Positions 25,201 to 39,599 are shown, counted from the first letter of the stretch. The stretch is DNA of 62,000 nucleotides from Wallemia ichthyophaga EXF-994 (GCF_000400465.1 NW_008806294.1:1-62000); one strand, 5' to 3'. The notes: a model not told the origin generated them from the letters alone. Numbers and translations are program-made.

Positions 25201-25456
25201 GACGTGCATTGTCTTGTCGGCGAGACGTCTGCTGTCTCAAGACTCCCCTTCTGCCCACCCTGCCCTGCCAACTCTGATCAGATGTACTGACATAGCATAG
25301 GACTTCTCTAGATCTATCTCGTCAATCGAGAGGGCCGAGCAGGCCCAGGCCCAGGCACAAGCCCAGGCACATACGCACGCCCAGGACGAATACCAGCAGA
25401 CTCCATCGCTCTCTTCCACACATGACGTGCATACAACACCGCTGTTTAAGCAGTAG
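22293..25456 (+). CDS. Secreted/membrane-anchored GMC (AA3_2, glucose-oxidase-like) oxidoreductase; catalytic part 22293-24427, putative TM and cytoplasmic exons 24795-25133 and 25301-25456
   Basis: Signal peptide, FAD motif DFIVVGGGVGG, WPRGKGLGGSGAING, EVILSGGTVNTPQTLQLSGIG, VGHNLQDH, catalytic TEYHPLGTA and SAHLMATTYGIAEKAAD. Intron 23822-23868. The 3' extension is inferred from splice signals; otherwise the stop is at 24439. Confidence 0.85.
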
Positions 25457-25651
25457 CATTAGCAGGTGCAGGAGCAGGAGGACTAGCAATTGCATTAGCA
25501 TACCAAATATCAAGATCAAGATCAGGGTAATAGACATTACAAATAAATATACAACACACAGACCCACTGCTTTATAGCGAACGAACAATGTTAAGTTTCC
25601 TGTAAAAAATATTTATTCTCTTTCACATCCTACAAAGCCGTTAAGGCGTTT

Positions 25652-26095
25652 TCATGTGCTCATGTTCATATCGCCGCCCGTCTTTTGTAATTCAGCTCTG
25701 AGCTGGTGGCTGAAATCGTCGTCTTGGCTGTTGCGGAGGTTAATGGAATTGTACACTGCACAAGAAATTCCACCCACTCGTCGTCGTCCCAGCTATCCTG
25801 CCACAATTTGTCGTTTGTGGCCATGTTGCTCACCTCGCACTCGTCGTCTCTCCAGTCTGTGAGGGGATGAGTGTGAGTGTGTGTGTGTTTATGTGTGGGC
25901 GGCTGTATTTGCGTGTGTGCGTATGATTACCTCTACGCCCACGCTTACGCCCACCACGCCAACGCGTTCGCACTCACCATCCACCTCAAACTCCTCAAAC
26001 TCGTCATCTTCTTCAAGTGCTCCGAGCTGCGGCACTGAGTTTGTTTCCTCATTTGCCTTTTGCTTGTTGATTTCAACTTTCTGGGTGACGTCCAT
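25652..26095 (-). CDS. SEM1: Proteasome lid/TREX-2 subunit Sem1/DSS1, 3 exons
   Basis: LGALEEDDEFEEF-DW...LWQDSWDDD-DDDFSHQLRAEL after removing two GT-AG introns. Confidence 0.9.
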
Positions 26096-26169
26096 TGGTG
26101 GTTGTAGATAACGCAAACAGATAAATATTTAAATATTTTCTTTTATTAACTTTTATTTACATTCTACAT

Positions 26170-27506
26170 TCAACTTTGCCATACTCCCGCTTCTCGCATC
26201 CCTCGCACCAACGCATCCACATTACCCAGCCAGTTGCCGAGTATTATCTTCTTCTCATCGACGCTACGCGTACTGTCTTGTGTCGTTGGTGGCGGTATAC
26301 GCACTTCTCCATTGACGCGCGGTGTGCGAGGTGTGCGCGGTCCCTGTGCCTGTGCCTGTCCACTCACCGGTGTACCCATCCGCGACGACGGCACTGAGCG
26401 TTTCTTTTCAGGTGTCTTGGGCAGCGGCTGTTGCTGCTGCGTCACTTGCAGGCTGTCATTGTGCGCCATCGGTATTGGCGGTACTGGTGGTATATCCTCC
26501 ATCTTCTCCATACGCCCACCAACTTTGAGATCAGAATGCGAGCGCGTGTGCGTCGGTGCGAGCTTACGTCTGTTCTCTCTCCCTTCTCTGCCCTCATCTG
26601 CACTGCCGCTGCCACTACTACCGCCAGTAACTCCTCCACCGCCGCCATATGATATATAGCGCAGCCTCGATGGCCGCCGACCAGCATCGATAGAGTAGCT
26701 CGATTTGTGTTTCTTAAGCGGCGATTTGGGCGAGTATGGCACGTCGCTGATATGCTCGATTGCCTTGTTGATAGGCTGGTCATCTTGTTTTTCACCCGTC
26801 TCACTCTTCTCGGGGAGGAGGTAGAAGTAGAGCAGTTCGAGCGACTTGACTCTGACTGCCGCATCCACGCCTTTGCGACGCAGGACACGCACAATGCATT
26901 CCAATCCTCTAAGATGCTCAAGCGTGCGTATAGCCGTGGTGCTACCTGCGATAACGCACAGTAACGCATCGAGTACGTCTGCAGCAACGAGAGTAGTATC
27001 CACAGAATGCGATCCCACTACGCTAACATTCAGCAGCTCGAAAAGTATTTCCATCGCCGCCGTCGTTGATAGCCCCCTCTTGCACTGCCCATTAAGCAGC
27101 GAGAGCCCCTGCAAGATTGAGAGCGTGATCGATATCTCTGTGCTACTCTCTGCGGGTATATCGCGTGTAAATGCGCGCAAATGGCTTATCAACACTGTTG
27201 ATACTGCGTTTGATTAGTCTTTATCTTATGCTCGATATACGCGACGTACGCTTCTCCAATAAACAGCGCATTCCTCGCATTCTCCTTTCAAACTCCGCTT
27301 CACTCGCTTTCCCTTTCACTACCAAACTCGCTAGATTCCGCTCGAGCGCTATCAGCTGCGCCGTCCGCGTACTACTCGTGCTCCTGATCGACGTGAGCTG
27401 GTAGTTTGTGAGAATCACTTGGATGATAATACCAGACACTAACAGCCTCTATTGTCTCTGATATCTGCCTTTCCATCCGCCGCGTTTCTTCTTCGTGCCG
27501 ATTCAT
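26170..27506 (-). CDS. cdc14: Septation-initiation-network Cdc14 (S. pombe-type, not the phosphatase)
   Basis: LSILQGLSLL, VLDALLCVI, VRVKSLELLYFYLLPE, TRSVDEKKIILGNWLGNVDALV. Upstream exons 27221-27439 and MNRHEEE at 27506. Confidence 0.75.
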
Positions 27507-27662
27507 GATCGACGTTAGTGCACAACCTCCGAAATTTAAAATATGTAATTGATATTATGTACTTGATGATAACATGGCTATATAGTTAGAATAATATATT
27601 ACAGTAAATCCCTCGCGATTTGCATTAATTGTAGCGATTAATTCTTGTTCGTGAAATTTTTA

Positions 27663-30600
27663 TTACTTCCCCTCCAAAAAGGCTAGTGCCTGGCTTCTGT
27701 TACGCGTCTGCTCCTCCTCAGACTTCTCGCCATCCCTGACGAGCACGATATCCTTAACCTGCTTCTTTTTCAAGCTGCCCTTCAGATTCTGCGGGCTCTC
27801 TAAAGTCGTCATATACTTGTCCTCCTCGCCGCTCTGGCTCTGCTGTTGCGACTGCGACAATCTCGCCAGACTCTTCCTGAACTCCTTTTTGTGGTTTTTG
27901 TATTTAATGTATTCCTCCGCCACCGCATTTCTCTCTTCTATGTTCGCTGCACTGTCGAACAAGAACTCCTTCTGCTCTTCGTCGCCGTATTCGTGGTAGT
28001 TGCGCGGTGGAAGACTGAGACGGGCAGGTGCGTGAATTGAGCGTCGCTTAGAATTGCGTGCGTACGTCGTTGACTCCTTCGACTCCTTCCCGCCTTCTTT
28101 CGCATCGCTCCCCCCTTTAGCTTCAGCTTCATCCGTTTCCACGCTTGCTAGCTTGTCTTCTGAGTCTTTCGCCACCTGGAGGAGCTGCGACTGGCGGATG
28201 AATTGTTGCGAGCGCTGTATGTTTCTGAGACTAAGACATTGTCAGCAAGACCACCACTACACAATACACACTACCTACTCCTTTTGTATGATTTCAGTCT
28301 TTTCCTGAACTGGTTCCGCCTCTTCATCCATCGACTGCCTCCTACTCGCCTCCAGATCGCTCAGTGCTCTCTCCAATTTATTCTGTATCATAGACATGGT
28401 CTTCTGCACTTGGTACGTCGATCTGCTCTCACTATCTGAAAGACCCTTGTCATCATCGTTCGACAGCTTCTCTACATAATCGTCATCTACAGCGTACTCT
28501 TCCGGGATAGCACTCTCTAACGAATTGGACTTCTGATGAGAATACCTTTTATCACCAATCCAAGGGCTGTTGCTTCGCGATGTCTGACCTGCTTTATCCA
28601 ACTGTCCGATAGCATCGCTGAGGTTGGTTGTAATATGTGACACCATATCATCCCTCTCGTTCTCAAACCTGCGCAGCTGAGTCTGCATCACGTCCAGCTC
28701 AGCCAATGCACCCGCTCTCAAGAATTCCGTCTGACGGAGCTGGTTCACCAAGCTATCCCTCGCTTTAGTCTGCTGGATGACCATCCCCGACAGTCGCTTA
28801 CTCTCTCTCCTCTCCCTATCAATCTTGCTGCGCAGATGAGACGCCTCCCAAGACAGCCTCTCAGCATAACTTTCGAACTGCTCAAAACGTTTCTTCCACT
28901 GCTCGCTCTTGACGACCAAAAACCCAAGACGTTTGTTTAGCTTGCCGATCCTCGTCTCGAGCTCGTCCCTGCTATCGACAAACTGCGCAACGCGGGCTCG
29001 TATAGCCTGTTGAGTTTTCTGCTCAGTTGCGCTCAACCGTGGCAAGCGCTTATGAGAACGAGTGAGCAGATTCATGATACTGAATGGGCGTCTATGACGG
29101 GAAGCTAGAACGCTATCGAATGCGCCTAGGATGGACTGTGGATCCCACCAATAAGGTGCTTGTACACGCTCAATGGTGCTAGGCGCTTTCCCTCTCGACT
29201 CTACCTGACACAGAGGCATGAACCTGCCTGACGGAAATGCTTCCTTGAATTCAGAAGGCACTGATTCGTCGGGACGGTATGTGCCGAACGATGCCACTAG
29301 CTTCTGCTTTTTCTTCTCCCTCTGACTACCCGTACTGACATATCCAGATGGCGGATTGATACACTGCACAAAGTTCATGTCGAGGTCGACTGCACATACT
29401 TCAGCGGGCGGCTTGAGAGAATAGCGCACCTCGGTGCGGGCACCTATAATTGACTGTCCTGGATCTTCCAAGAGGATTGCGTAGTCGCGCGCATGTACTA
29501 TCTGGTGCACCTGCCCTGCCCAACCCCTACTCTCGACCATATACTGCAGCGTTAGACAGGCTACACCGAGCATTTGCGGGTATCGCGATAAGAAGAGTAT
29601 GCGTCCAGTAGGCGCAAGTGCTATCTCACATACAGTGAGGATGTTCTCAATAGAAAGACACTTGAACAGAGGCCATGATGTGAATCCCGTTTCGAGCAGA
29701 TTCTGTCCAAAATTGATAGCACCAGGCATACGAGCAATCACTGTGAGTGAAGAATCAGCCTTCTTCTTGTCTTTTCGTTTCCTCTCATCCTTCTCATCCA
29801 GTCGACGATGCTTGTGCGCACGTCCAGCTGCTGGCAACTTGATCATCTCTCCGTACTTTGGAGCTGGTTTCTCCAACAGGCTCTTCATAGTTGCGCTATG
29901 AGAGCTAATGTCGCGACTATGCATCGCCCAGCTAATCGATAGGTAATCAGCAAGAACGTCATAGATTGGATGCGTAGAAACTAGAGTGAGGCTGTAAGGC
30001 AGCCAAAATAGTGTCTCTTCAGGCACAGCGCCGGTTAAAGGAGCATCTTCATACGCCAATCCTGCACCGACTTGGCTAGGCAGAGCATCATTCACATCGC
30101 TTAATATATCTGTTGTATCTCCAACAGTAGCAGTGTCATCCTCTGCATCCTCATAATCTTCGTTGTCACTGTTGCGAGACGCTTCATCTGTACCACCATT
30201 TCCATTCACGTTAAGCCTCTTTTGCATTAAGTCCTCGCGTTTATCGGTGGTTGATGCTTGACTGAGACTCTCTGCGCGGCGCTGACGCGAAGATAACGCC
30301 TTCCGAATAGCATGTGCTCGTCCTGGATCGGCATGCGACCACGTTTGGAGGACAACGCCGTAATATGTCTTGCGGCCATCTCTGTCTACACCGGGCTGTT
30401 GATCGTTAAGACCTAGTGGATCTGGCTGTTGGTATGTTTGGTTATTCCAGTCGTACTTTTTTGAATCATTGGTTGTTTGAGTATTCGCCCAGCCTGAATT
30501 GAATGAGTTGGATTGCTGCGAGTTGATTGAGTTCGACGTATAGCCGGTATTGGATCGCTGTGAAGCCACGCTGAATGAAAAAGAGTGCATTGTGGATGGA

Positions 30601-31686
30601 GGTTGAAGAGATGACGATATGATTTCAACTTCCTGAGTAAATGAGAGCTGTATGGGTTTTAGCGTTGGTGTATCCAGCTAATTAATTACCCACTTTTAAT
30701 GCCTTGGCTTGCACTTTGTTTACTTCGTCCTTAGGCATCCCGCCGACGCGCTTTTTCTTGCCATTGAAATCTAAACCAGGGACACTGATACCTGGAGAAG
30801 CACTCGTACCCAGCGTTTCTGCTCTCCACCACCTGCCAACAGCATTAGGTGAGTGATGAACATTTGCGACAGAAGCTTCGTCGGCGTATGTCCAAGCAGC
30901 TGGATCCTTTGGCAGACCAGATACCAAATACAAACTAGCAAGTGGAGTCTGTGTGGCTAAACTTGATGACGTTGCTGGTCTCGCCGATGTCGGTTTCTGT
31001 GGTTCCAAGAAGCTGGATTTAAGTGGGGGAAGTGGAGAAGGATCAACCTGATCGGGGTATTTGATTTGAGGCTCACGATTAATTTTGGTATCAAGATCAG
31101 ACTCACTTGGGGACCCGAGCAACGAAGTCATAGCTTTTCGGTTTTGTTGCTTTTGTCTGCGTTTCAAATCAATCGAAGTGTGTTCCACTTTCAGGGGACC
31201 GAAGTCATCCAAGTCTTCGGAATTGCTGTGACTCGGTGATGGCGTTGATGATAGCGGCTGAGAGGGATTTGATGGGAGATCAGGAAGACGTTTGTCTTGT
31301 AAAATTGATGTTGTAGATTTTCGGCGTGACTGTGGCTGTGGCTGTAGCTGAGATTTTGGCCGTGGCTGTGGCTGCAGCTGCCCTAGCTGCTGCTGCATTT
31401 CAGTATTTGCCTTTGGCTGCGCCGTTGAATAATCGATAACGTCGAATTTCGGAGTTATATGAATTGGCTCTAAATCTGTGAAATCCGTATCAATTACGGA
31501 GAGTGGTATAATTGGTTTATCGTCTGATGCTTGTTTTGGGGTAGAATGTACGTAGCTGTAGTCAACGGGCTTCCTTTGCGATTGGCTGCATTCCATTAGC
31601 TGACATTCTAAGGCTGTACACTCCACTAACCTCTTGTTCCCTTCTTTAGCCCTACTATCTCTCCTAATCGCTGGCCTAAGCTTCAT
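27663..31686 (-). CDS. Large DENN-domain protein (Rab GEF-like) with C-terminal coiled coil; 3 large exons
   Basis: LASLYLVSGLP..GRWWRAETLG, TYYGVVLQTW, FWLPYSLTLVSTHPIYDVL, EIALAPTGRILFLSRYPQML. Introns at about 30642-30688 and 28231-28278 join ORFs 30682-31698, 28275-30590 and 27663-28175. Start uncertain. Confidence 0.78.
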
Positions 31687-32967
31687 CGTTGCATCCAACG
31701 GCCCTGTAATCCAATTTATTCACTTGGTGGTCAAAGCGTCAGCTTAAGGGTTCTTGTAAAATGTTTTTTAATGAATTTGTCCCGTAAGTATTTTGAATCA
31801 CCCTCAGCCCTTTCTTAGCCTCTCTCTCTGTGTCTTGCCTTTCGTGTGCCCCGTCTATCACTTCTCCAGATTCAGGAACTGCACTCGGACCGGTAAATTT
31901 TCTAATTCGAATTCTTCTTTTAGTACATATCATTCATATACGCAATTATGACAGCTAATTCCAATCAAAAGCCTCCTTATAAATAAGCGGACGTTGCTGA
32001 CTTTATCCGATCAGCGGGACCAAGAGCTCTAATAAAGTCTCCGAAAGCTTAATTAAGTACCTGCGCAATATATAATGTTGCCTGTAGTATGTGGAAGGGT
32101 TTTTGTATGTAATTTCAACTAATTTTGTCTATTGGTGAGTTCAAGGTCACGCTAGGCCAGCAAGAAAGCGCTAGCCATGCAAATATCTATATCTTAGCCT
32201 TTTTTCAAGTAAATCATAGCCAAAAACTCCTTAAAGTATCTAAATGCCATTATTAAGCCATCACTTGGTAGTAAAGTGACATTGCAGACGTGCTGTTGAG
32301 GTACTCAACAGTCAGTTCACAGGTGAGATCCCTTATTGATAACTTATTCGCGCTATTATTTCTCTCAGCTTTTCTCCCGCTTCCATATTTCAGCAGCATC
32401 TTGGACCCAAGCTTGCATGTTAACTAACAAACGCGTCAAGCGTCTACTTGTTTCCAAATACGGCGATGATGGTATTATTCTGAACTTCATGACTTTATTA
32501 TCAGGTTGGGAATATGCTTAATGTCTAATTTAGTGATATGCTCCGCTTTCGACCAGCTAGATATGGCATGTTATAGTAAGAAGGATCTGATGTTTGTAAG
32601 TCCACAGTAATACTATGACCTTTTCGATATCAACACAGCCTCAACCGCCTTTCAACTACACTTTTAAATTTTTGAAATGCACCTGTTGAAGCCAAACGCC
32701 TAAGTTCAGAGTTGGGGTGACTCCCCCCTTTTGAAGCATGGGTAGCTTTCACTAGGTGTATGATGAGCGATAGAGCCATTAATTTGTCGCTGGACGCAGA
32801 AATTAGAGCTGTGAAAGCTACGCGTCTGAAAATGCAAGACACGTCTCGGAGGATAAACAATTGATTTATGAGGGCGCTAGTGGTCTCTGTGGTTCAGTAA
32901 ATTTAAGGCATATATATCGAGCACACAAACGGATCGGTATCTTGTCCATTACGTGCTCTAGATTGAC

Positions 32968-34037
32968 ATCAAATTGCAACTTACGATCACCTCACTGCTA
33001 CTAGCATCACTGGCGTCATCCACGCTCGCCGCATATAATCCAAACTCAAAGCACAATCATTGGTTGACTTTTCACGCGGATACTTCCGACGACGTAAGCA
33101 AAGTCAATAACAAAGACTTTGATTTCATTGTCGTTAGTGGCGGTGTTGGTGGTTTAGTCGTCGCTGCTAGAATAAGTGAAAACGAGAATTTCACTGACTG
33201 TAATTGAAGCTGGTGGTGATGGATCTGAGTACGAATATCGAATTTTCATTCCAGATTAGTCCTACTTGAATGGCCTTACAGGCACTGAATATGACTGGAA
33301 CTACATATTCGTTAAACAACAAGTTATCAACAATGACAAGGGATGACCACGTGGTAAAGGTTTAGGTGGTTCTGGTGCTATCAACAGTCCTATCTGGTGT
33401 AGAGCTTCTACCGATGAGTAAAAAGTTTGGAACACCCTTAAACCAGACTCAAGTATCGATTGGGGTTGGGAAGAAATGCAAAAGTACGTGAAAAAGTCTG
33501 AGACACTCCACAAGCCAAGTCAAGAACACGTTGACACCTTCAATATCAACTTTGATAAAGAATATCGCGGTACTGATGGTGTGAAATCGGTTACCAACTT
33601 GTTATCCAACATCCATTCAGGTGAGTTTTGGTTTTTGCGTTTGTCTAACTCTACTCACATAAAACAGTCGTGGTGTTATTGAAAACCAATCCAAAGATCC
33701 ATTCACCCACCCTGCCATTGATCCAGGCTACTTAACACACTCAGCTGACATGGAAATGATGCGTCAAGGTGTTCGCTTTGCTATTGAGTTATCCAAGGCT
33801 GGTGAAATGGGTGACTACATTACCAAACAAGAGAACTACAACAACAACACAGATGAGGCTATTGATATGGCTATCAGAGACGACGCACACACCGAGTACC
33901 ACCCACTCGGTACGGCTGCTATGCTTCCACTCGACAAGGGTGGTGTTGTCAACACATCTCTACTATTGACATTGTCTATGGTACTTCAAAACTCAAAGTA
34001 GTTGACTCTTTAATTATCCCAATAGATATTAGCGCAC
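32968..34037 (+). pseudogene. Decayed, internally deleted duplicate of the GMC oxidase at 22293
   Basis: Aligns to 22293-24230. ATG is now ATC, there are frameshifts and stops (33205), and the segment equivalent to 22916-23781 is missing. Retains the same intron sequence. Confidence 0.92.
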
Positions 34038-34136
34038 AAAAAGTTTTTAAGACTTTAATCTAAACAAACGAGACTTGCAAAAATACACAGCCAACAGGAA
34101 ATTACTATCTGCATTTGTACTACACTTAAATGATGC

Positions 34137-34593
34137 TTAGTTCTGGCTACCACGAGTGTAGATGTATTGACCGTTGTGGTGAACAATTTGACGGATAGCT
34201 CTGCGAGGCGGGTGAGTAGGGTTTCTAGGGATAGCAATAGACGCACCCCTCTCTGTGAAGGTGGCGGATGGCGATACGGGCAAGAGAGCCGTTGATCTTC
34301 ATACGGTCAATGAGGGTGGATTGAGAAATCATCTTGAAAGTTGGGACTTCCTTGAGGATTCTATCGTAAGTTGGTCTGTCGAGGACAACAGCGTTTTGAG
34401 CCTTGTCCTTGACCTTGCCCTTGGACCACTTCTTCTTTGATTTGGCTCCACCCTTGCCGGCTGATGGGTTAGCTGCAGATGCTGCCTAAAGGAGTGTTAG
34501 AGCAAGTTCAAGCTGAGTGGTGGATACACGCCTTCTTTGCCACTATTGCCCTTGTTAGTCTCTGCTTATTGTGCTGTAAATTTTGTACTCACT
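34137..34593 (-). CDS. RPS25: 40S ribosomal protein S25 (split ATG, 11-nt micro-exon)
   Basis: [70 protein letters not shown]. Confidence 0.93.
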
Positions 34594-35090
34594 ACTGTGT
34601 CGCTGAAGAAAGGCAATTCGCTGTGGAAGAAATGAAATGGTTGCGAAAAAAATTTATTCCAAGTCAAGGTGAAATAAGAGCGAGGCATATCGATTTCTGA
34701 GATTATTCTCTGTGTATTTGTGTACTTGTTCTTTCAATCTGCCTCGCTGGGCTTGTCTTCTCTTTACTTCTTCAGCATATACTCTACTTGCGGCGAGTAA
34801 TGCCTTTTTGAAGCTATTTGAAGACTTTTGAAAGTTATTTAGCTATCTATTTGTGCTTATCTTGGGTCGTCTACAAGTATCAGTCCTTATTCGTCATTTA
34901 AGCGAGATTAAGCAGCCACAGAAGGCAGTGAAATCGTACAAACAGTGATACTCACAAACACTCCCTATGAATCCCTAATTGTTGTCTTTTGACCACTTGC
35001 TGCTATCTATGACGTTAAAACTCCCATTCTCCCTGACGTCCATCTTCTAAGCCCTCAATACAAAGAATCGCCAGGAATTCTCACCGTATA

Positions 35091-36508
35091 ATGTCCTCAT
35101 CTCCATCGCCACCGCCGCTGCCACCTGCACCTTCACGCAGGCTGCGTTCGAAACGCAGTGGCGCAGATAGCAGAGTCACAATGGTTGAATTCGAGCCAGA
35201 AGAGAAGACAGTGCCGTTAAAGAGATCAAAGTCATCAACATCAGCCGGATCAAAGACCAAGAAAATACAGAGGGAGTTGGATGTACCCCACGACACGCCA
35301 CAGAATTGGGAGAGAGTGGGTTTACAGGATCTCTATTGAACCACCTTGAACAGTAATCTAGGTCTATAATCTTATCAAGGATATGCGCTCGCTGCACGTA
35401 GCCCCTGTCGATACACTCGGATGCGAGAGAGAACCCACTGAAGAATTAGACGCTCGTGTGGGTTACACCTCTGCAATGTCAACCGCTGCACTTTCTAACG
35501 TCACACAGACAAAGCGCTACCAAGTCCTCGTATCGCTCATGCTATCATCACAGACAAAAGGTTGCAGTTTTGGTTGTATTGCAAGCCAAATTAACGCTCT
35601 CAGCAGACCCAGTAACTTCAGAGGCTGTAGATAATCTTAGACATGTATTGGAAGGTGGCCTCACTCTCGAATCCGTCTTGGCTGCGACAGATAAACAAAT
35701 ACGTAAGCTGAAACAAGTCTATTATCACATTTGACGTTGTTTGTTGCTCTTTTTATACAGAGGATGCGATTGGTAAGGTGGGATTCTGGAGAAGAAAGAC
35801 TGAGTGCGTTGGAATTGTTGGCTTGTTGCAAAATGAACTTGCTCATCAAAACACAGATACCTCAAGAAGGCTGCTGTCATGTTGAAAGACAAGTTCGACG
35901 GCGATGTACCGAAAGACATAGATGACCTATGTTCACTTCCTGGCGTTGGGTGGGTTGATTTGCGGTGAAAGTGTGTCGTTTATCTAACACTACCTCAAGT
36001 CCCAAGATGGGTTTCTTAGCACTGCAAGCAGCATGGAATCAGTGGGTGAACAGTAACCACATATATCTTCATCTTATAATGTTTAGAAATGATGGTATAG
36101 GTGTTGATGTGCACGTGCACCGTATTACAAACAGACTAGGCTGGCATAACCCGCCGACGACACAGGCAGAACAGACACGTCTAAATCTGCAGTCATGGTT
36201 GCCAAAAGAGCTGCATCGAGATATCAACAAGATGCTAGTTGGTTTTGGACAAGTAGGTTGATTGGTTGTACGCAACGTTAGCTCACATAACGACACCATA
36301 TCAGACGATATGTCTACCAGTGGGACCAAAATGTCATGACTGCAAGCTGCCAGCGGAGGGATTGTGCCCTTCTGCTCGAAAAGTGGGACTGAAGAAGGGC
36401 AAGAGGGAATTGAAGCGGGAAGAAACGGTCGAGCAAGCAGAAGCTGCTGAAACCAAGAAAGGAGAGCAACTTGCCAAAGTGGAGGTTATTCTAGAAGGAG
36501 AGCATTAA
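35091..36508 (+). CDS. NTH1: Endonuclease III-like DNA glycosylase/AP lyase Nth1, multi-exon
   Basis: [23 protein letters not shown], Hh[40 protein letters not shown], Fe-S motif [11 protein letters not shown]...LC. Confidence 0.92.
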
Positions 36509-36801
36509 ATTGTAGATTAAATTGAAATGGAAGAATGTTTGCTGACTTAGCCTTCGTGCCAGCCAAAGGAGAAGAAGGAAAGAGAGAGAAAGAGGGAGAG
36601 AAAGATAGCTGCCATCATAATTCTAGTGCTATATAATTATATTTAGTACAAAATACCTTATGCGCCGCTCAGAACAAATTTTAGGGCTATCAAAAGCCGA
36701 GGAAACCCTAGCGAGGCTCTCAGGTTAACTCTACCACGGTCTATCGCAAGAGATTCCATCGACGGGATCCGTATAACGAATTTCTATTATAAATAATATA
36801 A

Positions 36802-38849
<2,048 letters not shown>

Positions 38850-39015
38850 TCGACAAGGTAGCTCATCATAGCGTATATAGGCTTGGGACAGAAATTGTAT
38901 TTAATTTCTTTTAATTTGAATTTATGTTACAGATTCTGTCAAATAGGGTTGTTGAGCTTATTTAACTTGATTAATAAGAAGATTTGTTCATAGTGTGAGT
39001 ACAAAGAAAATCTTC

Positions 39016-39380
39016 TTACTTAGCGTAAGAGAAAACGTTACGAAGGACTAAATTAGTGGGATTGTGGTTAGATCAGCCTAAAGGGTAAAGATTAAATACT
39101 CACGACCTCTCTCTGTAGCGAGTCTGTTGATAGAATCATCTGCTTCACCCATAGCTCTAACGTCTCCACTCAAAGCAATGAATTCTCTGCCATCGGTCAT
39201 TTTACCGTTAGCGTCAACTTGAGCAATTGAGATTTGAGTTGAGGTGTGATCCTTTGGTGTAATCAAACGACCAGTGGCATGGCACTTGCGTGGTACGTAA
39301 AGATCAACGAGTTCTCCCTTGTCGTTTTCTGTAGCGTGTGAGTTGTGTGCTTTTGTTTTTTTAGATTTTTATTCACCCAT
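39016..39380 (-). CDS. RPS21: 40S ribosomal protein S21, 3 coding exons
   Basis: ATG G|GTGAAT intron, then [33 protein letters not shown]...[27 protein letters not shown]. Confidence 0.93.
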
Positions 39381-39599
39381 TTTTATACGCTGGTGAGTGT
39401 CCTGGGAGAAGACTACTTGGAGAAATATTTTAACTGACTGAAATCATAAAAATTTATATTTCTCCATTTGCTTTGTATTCCAATATAACCTTAAAAATGC
39501 ACACTATATAACACTCCCCTCTTGCTCCTTCCACACCCAATCAATCTCAAACACTCGTCATACATCAATACATAGAAATTATATTTCTGTTCATCTATC

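Noticed and set aside
24668-25588. Minus-strand ORFs (24668-25018, 25008-25271, 25322-25588) as a gene
   Set aside because: They are antisense readings of repeat-rich plus-strand exons. Plus-strand splice signals give a coherent TM-plus-tail model instead.
26170-27506. Cdc14 phosphatase
   Set aside because: No HCxxGxxR motif. The sequence matches the unrelated SIN component of the same name.
27663-28175. 170-aa ORF as an independent gene
   Set aside because: A GTAGGT...CTGAC...TTAG intron at 28231-28278 joins it in frame to the DENN ORF as its last exon.
34600-34780. Possible C/D snoRNA upstream of RPS25
   Set aside because: A CTGA is present, but there is no proper RUGAUGA C box or terminal stem.
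36702-36710. Telobox/Tbf1-like AAACCCTA upstream of PAB1 (and TAGGGTTT in an RPS25 intron)
   Set aside because: Single occurrences, not seen at consistent positions before RPS21, RPS25, NSA2 or RSA4, so support is insufficient.
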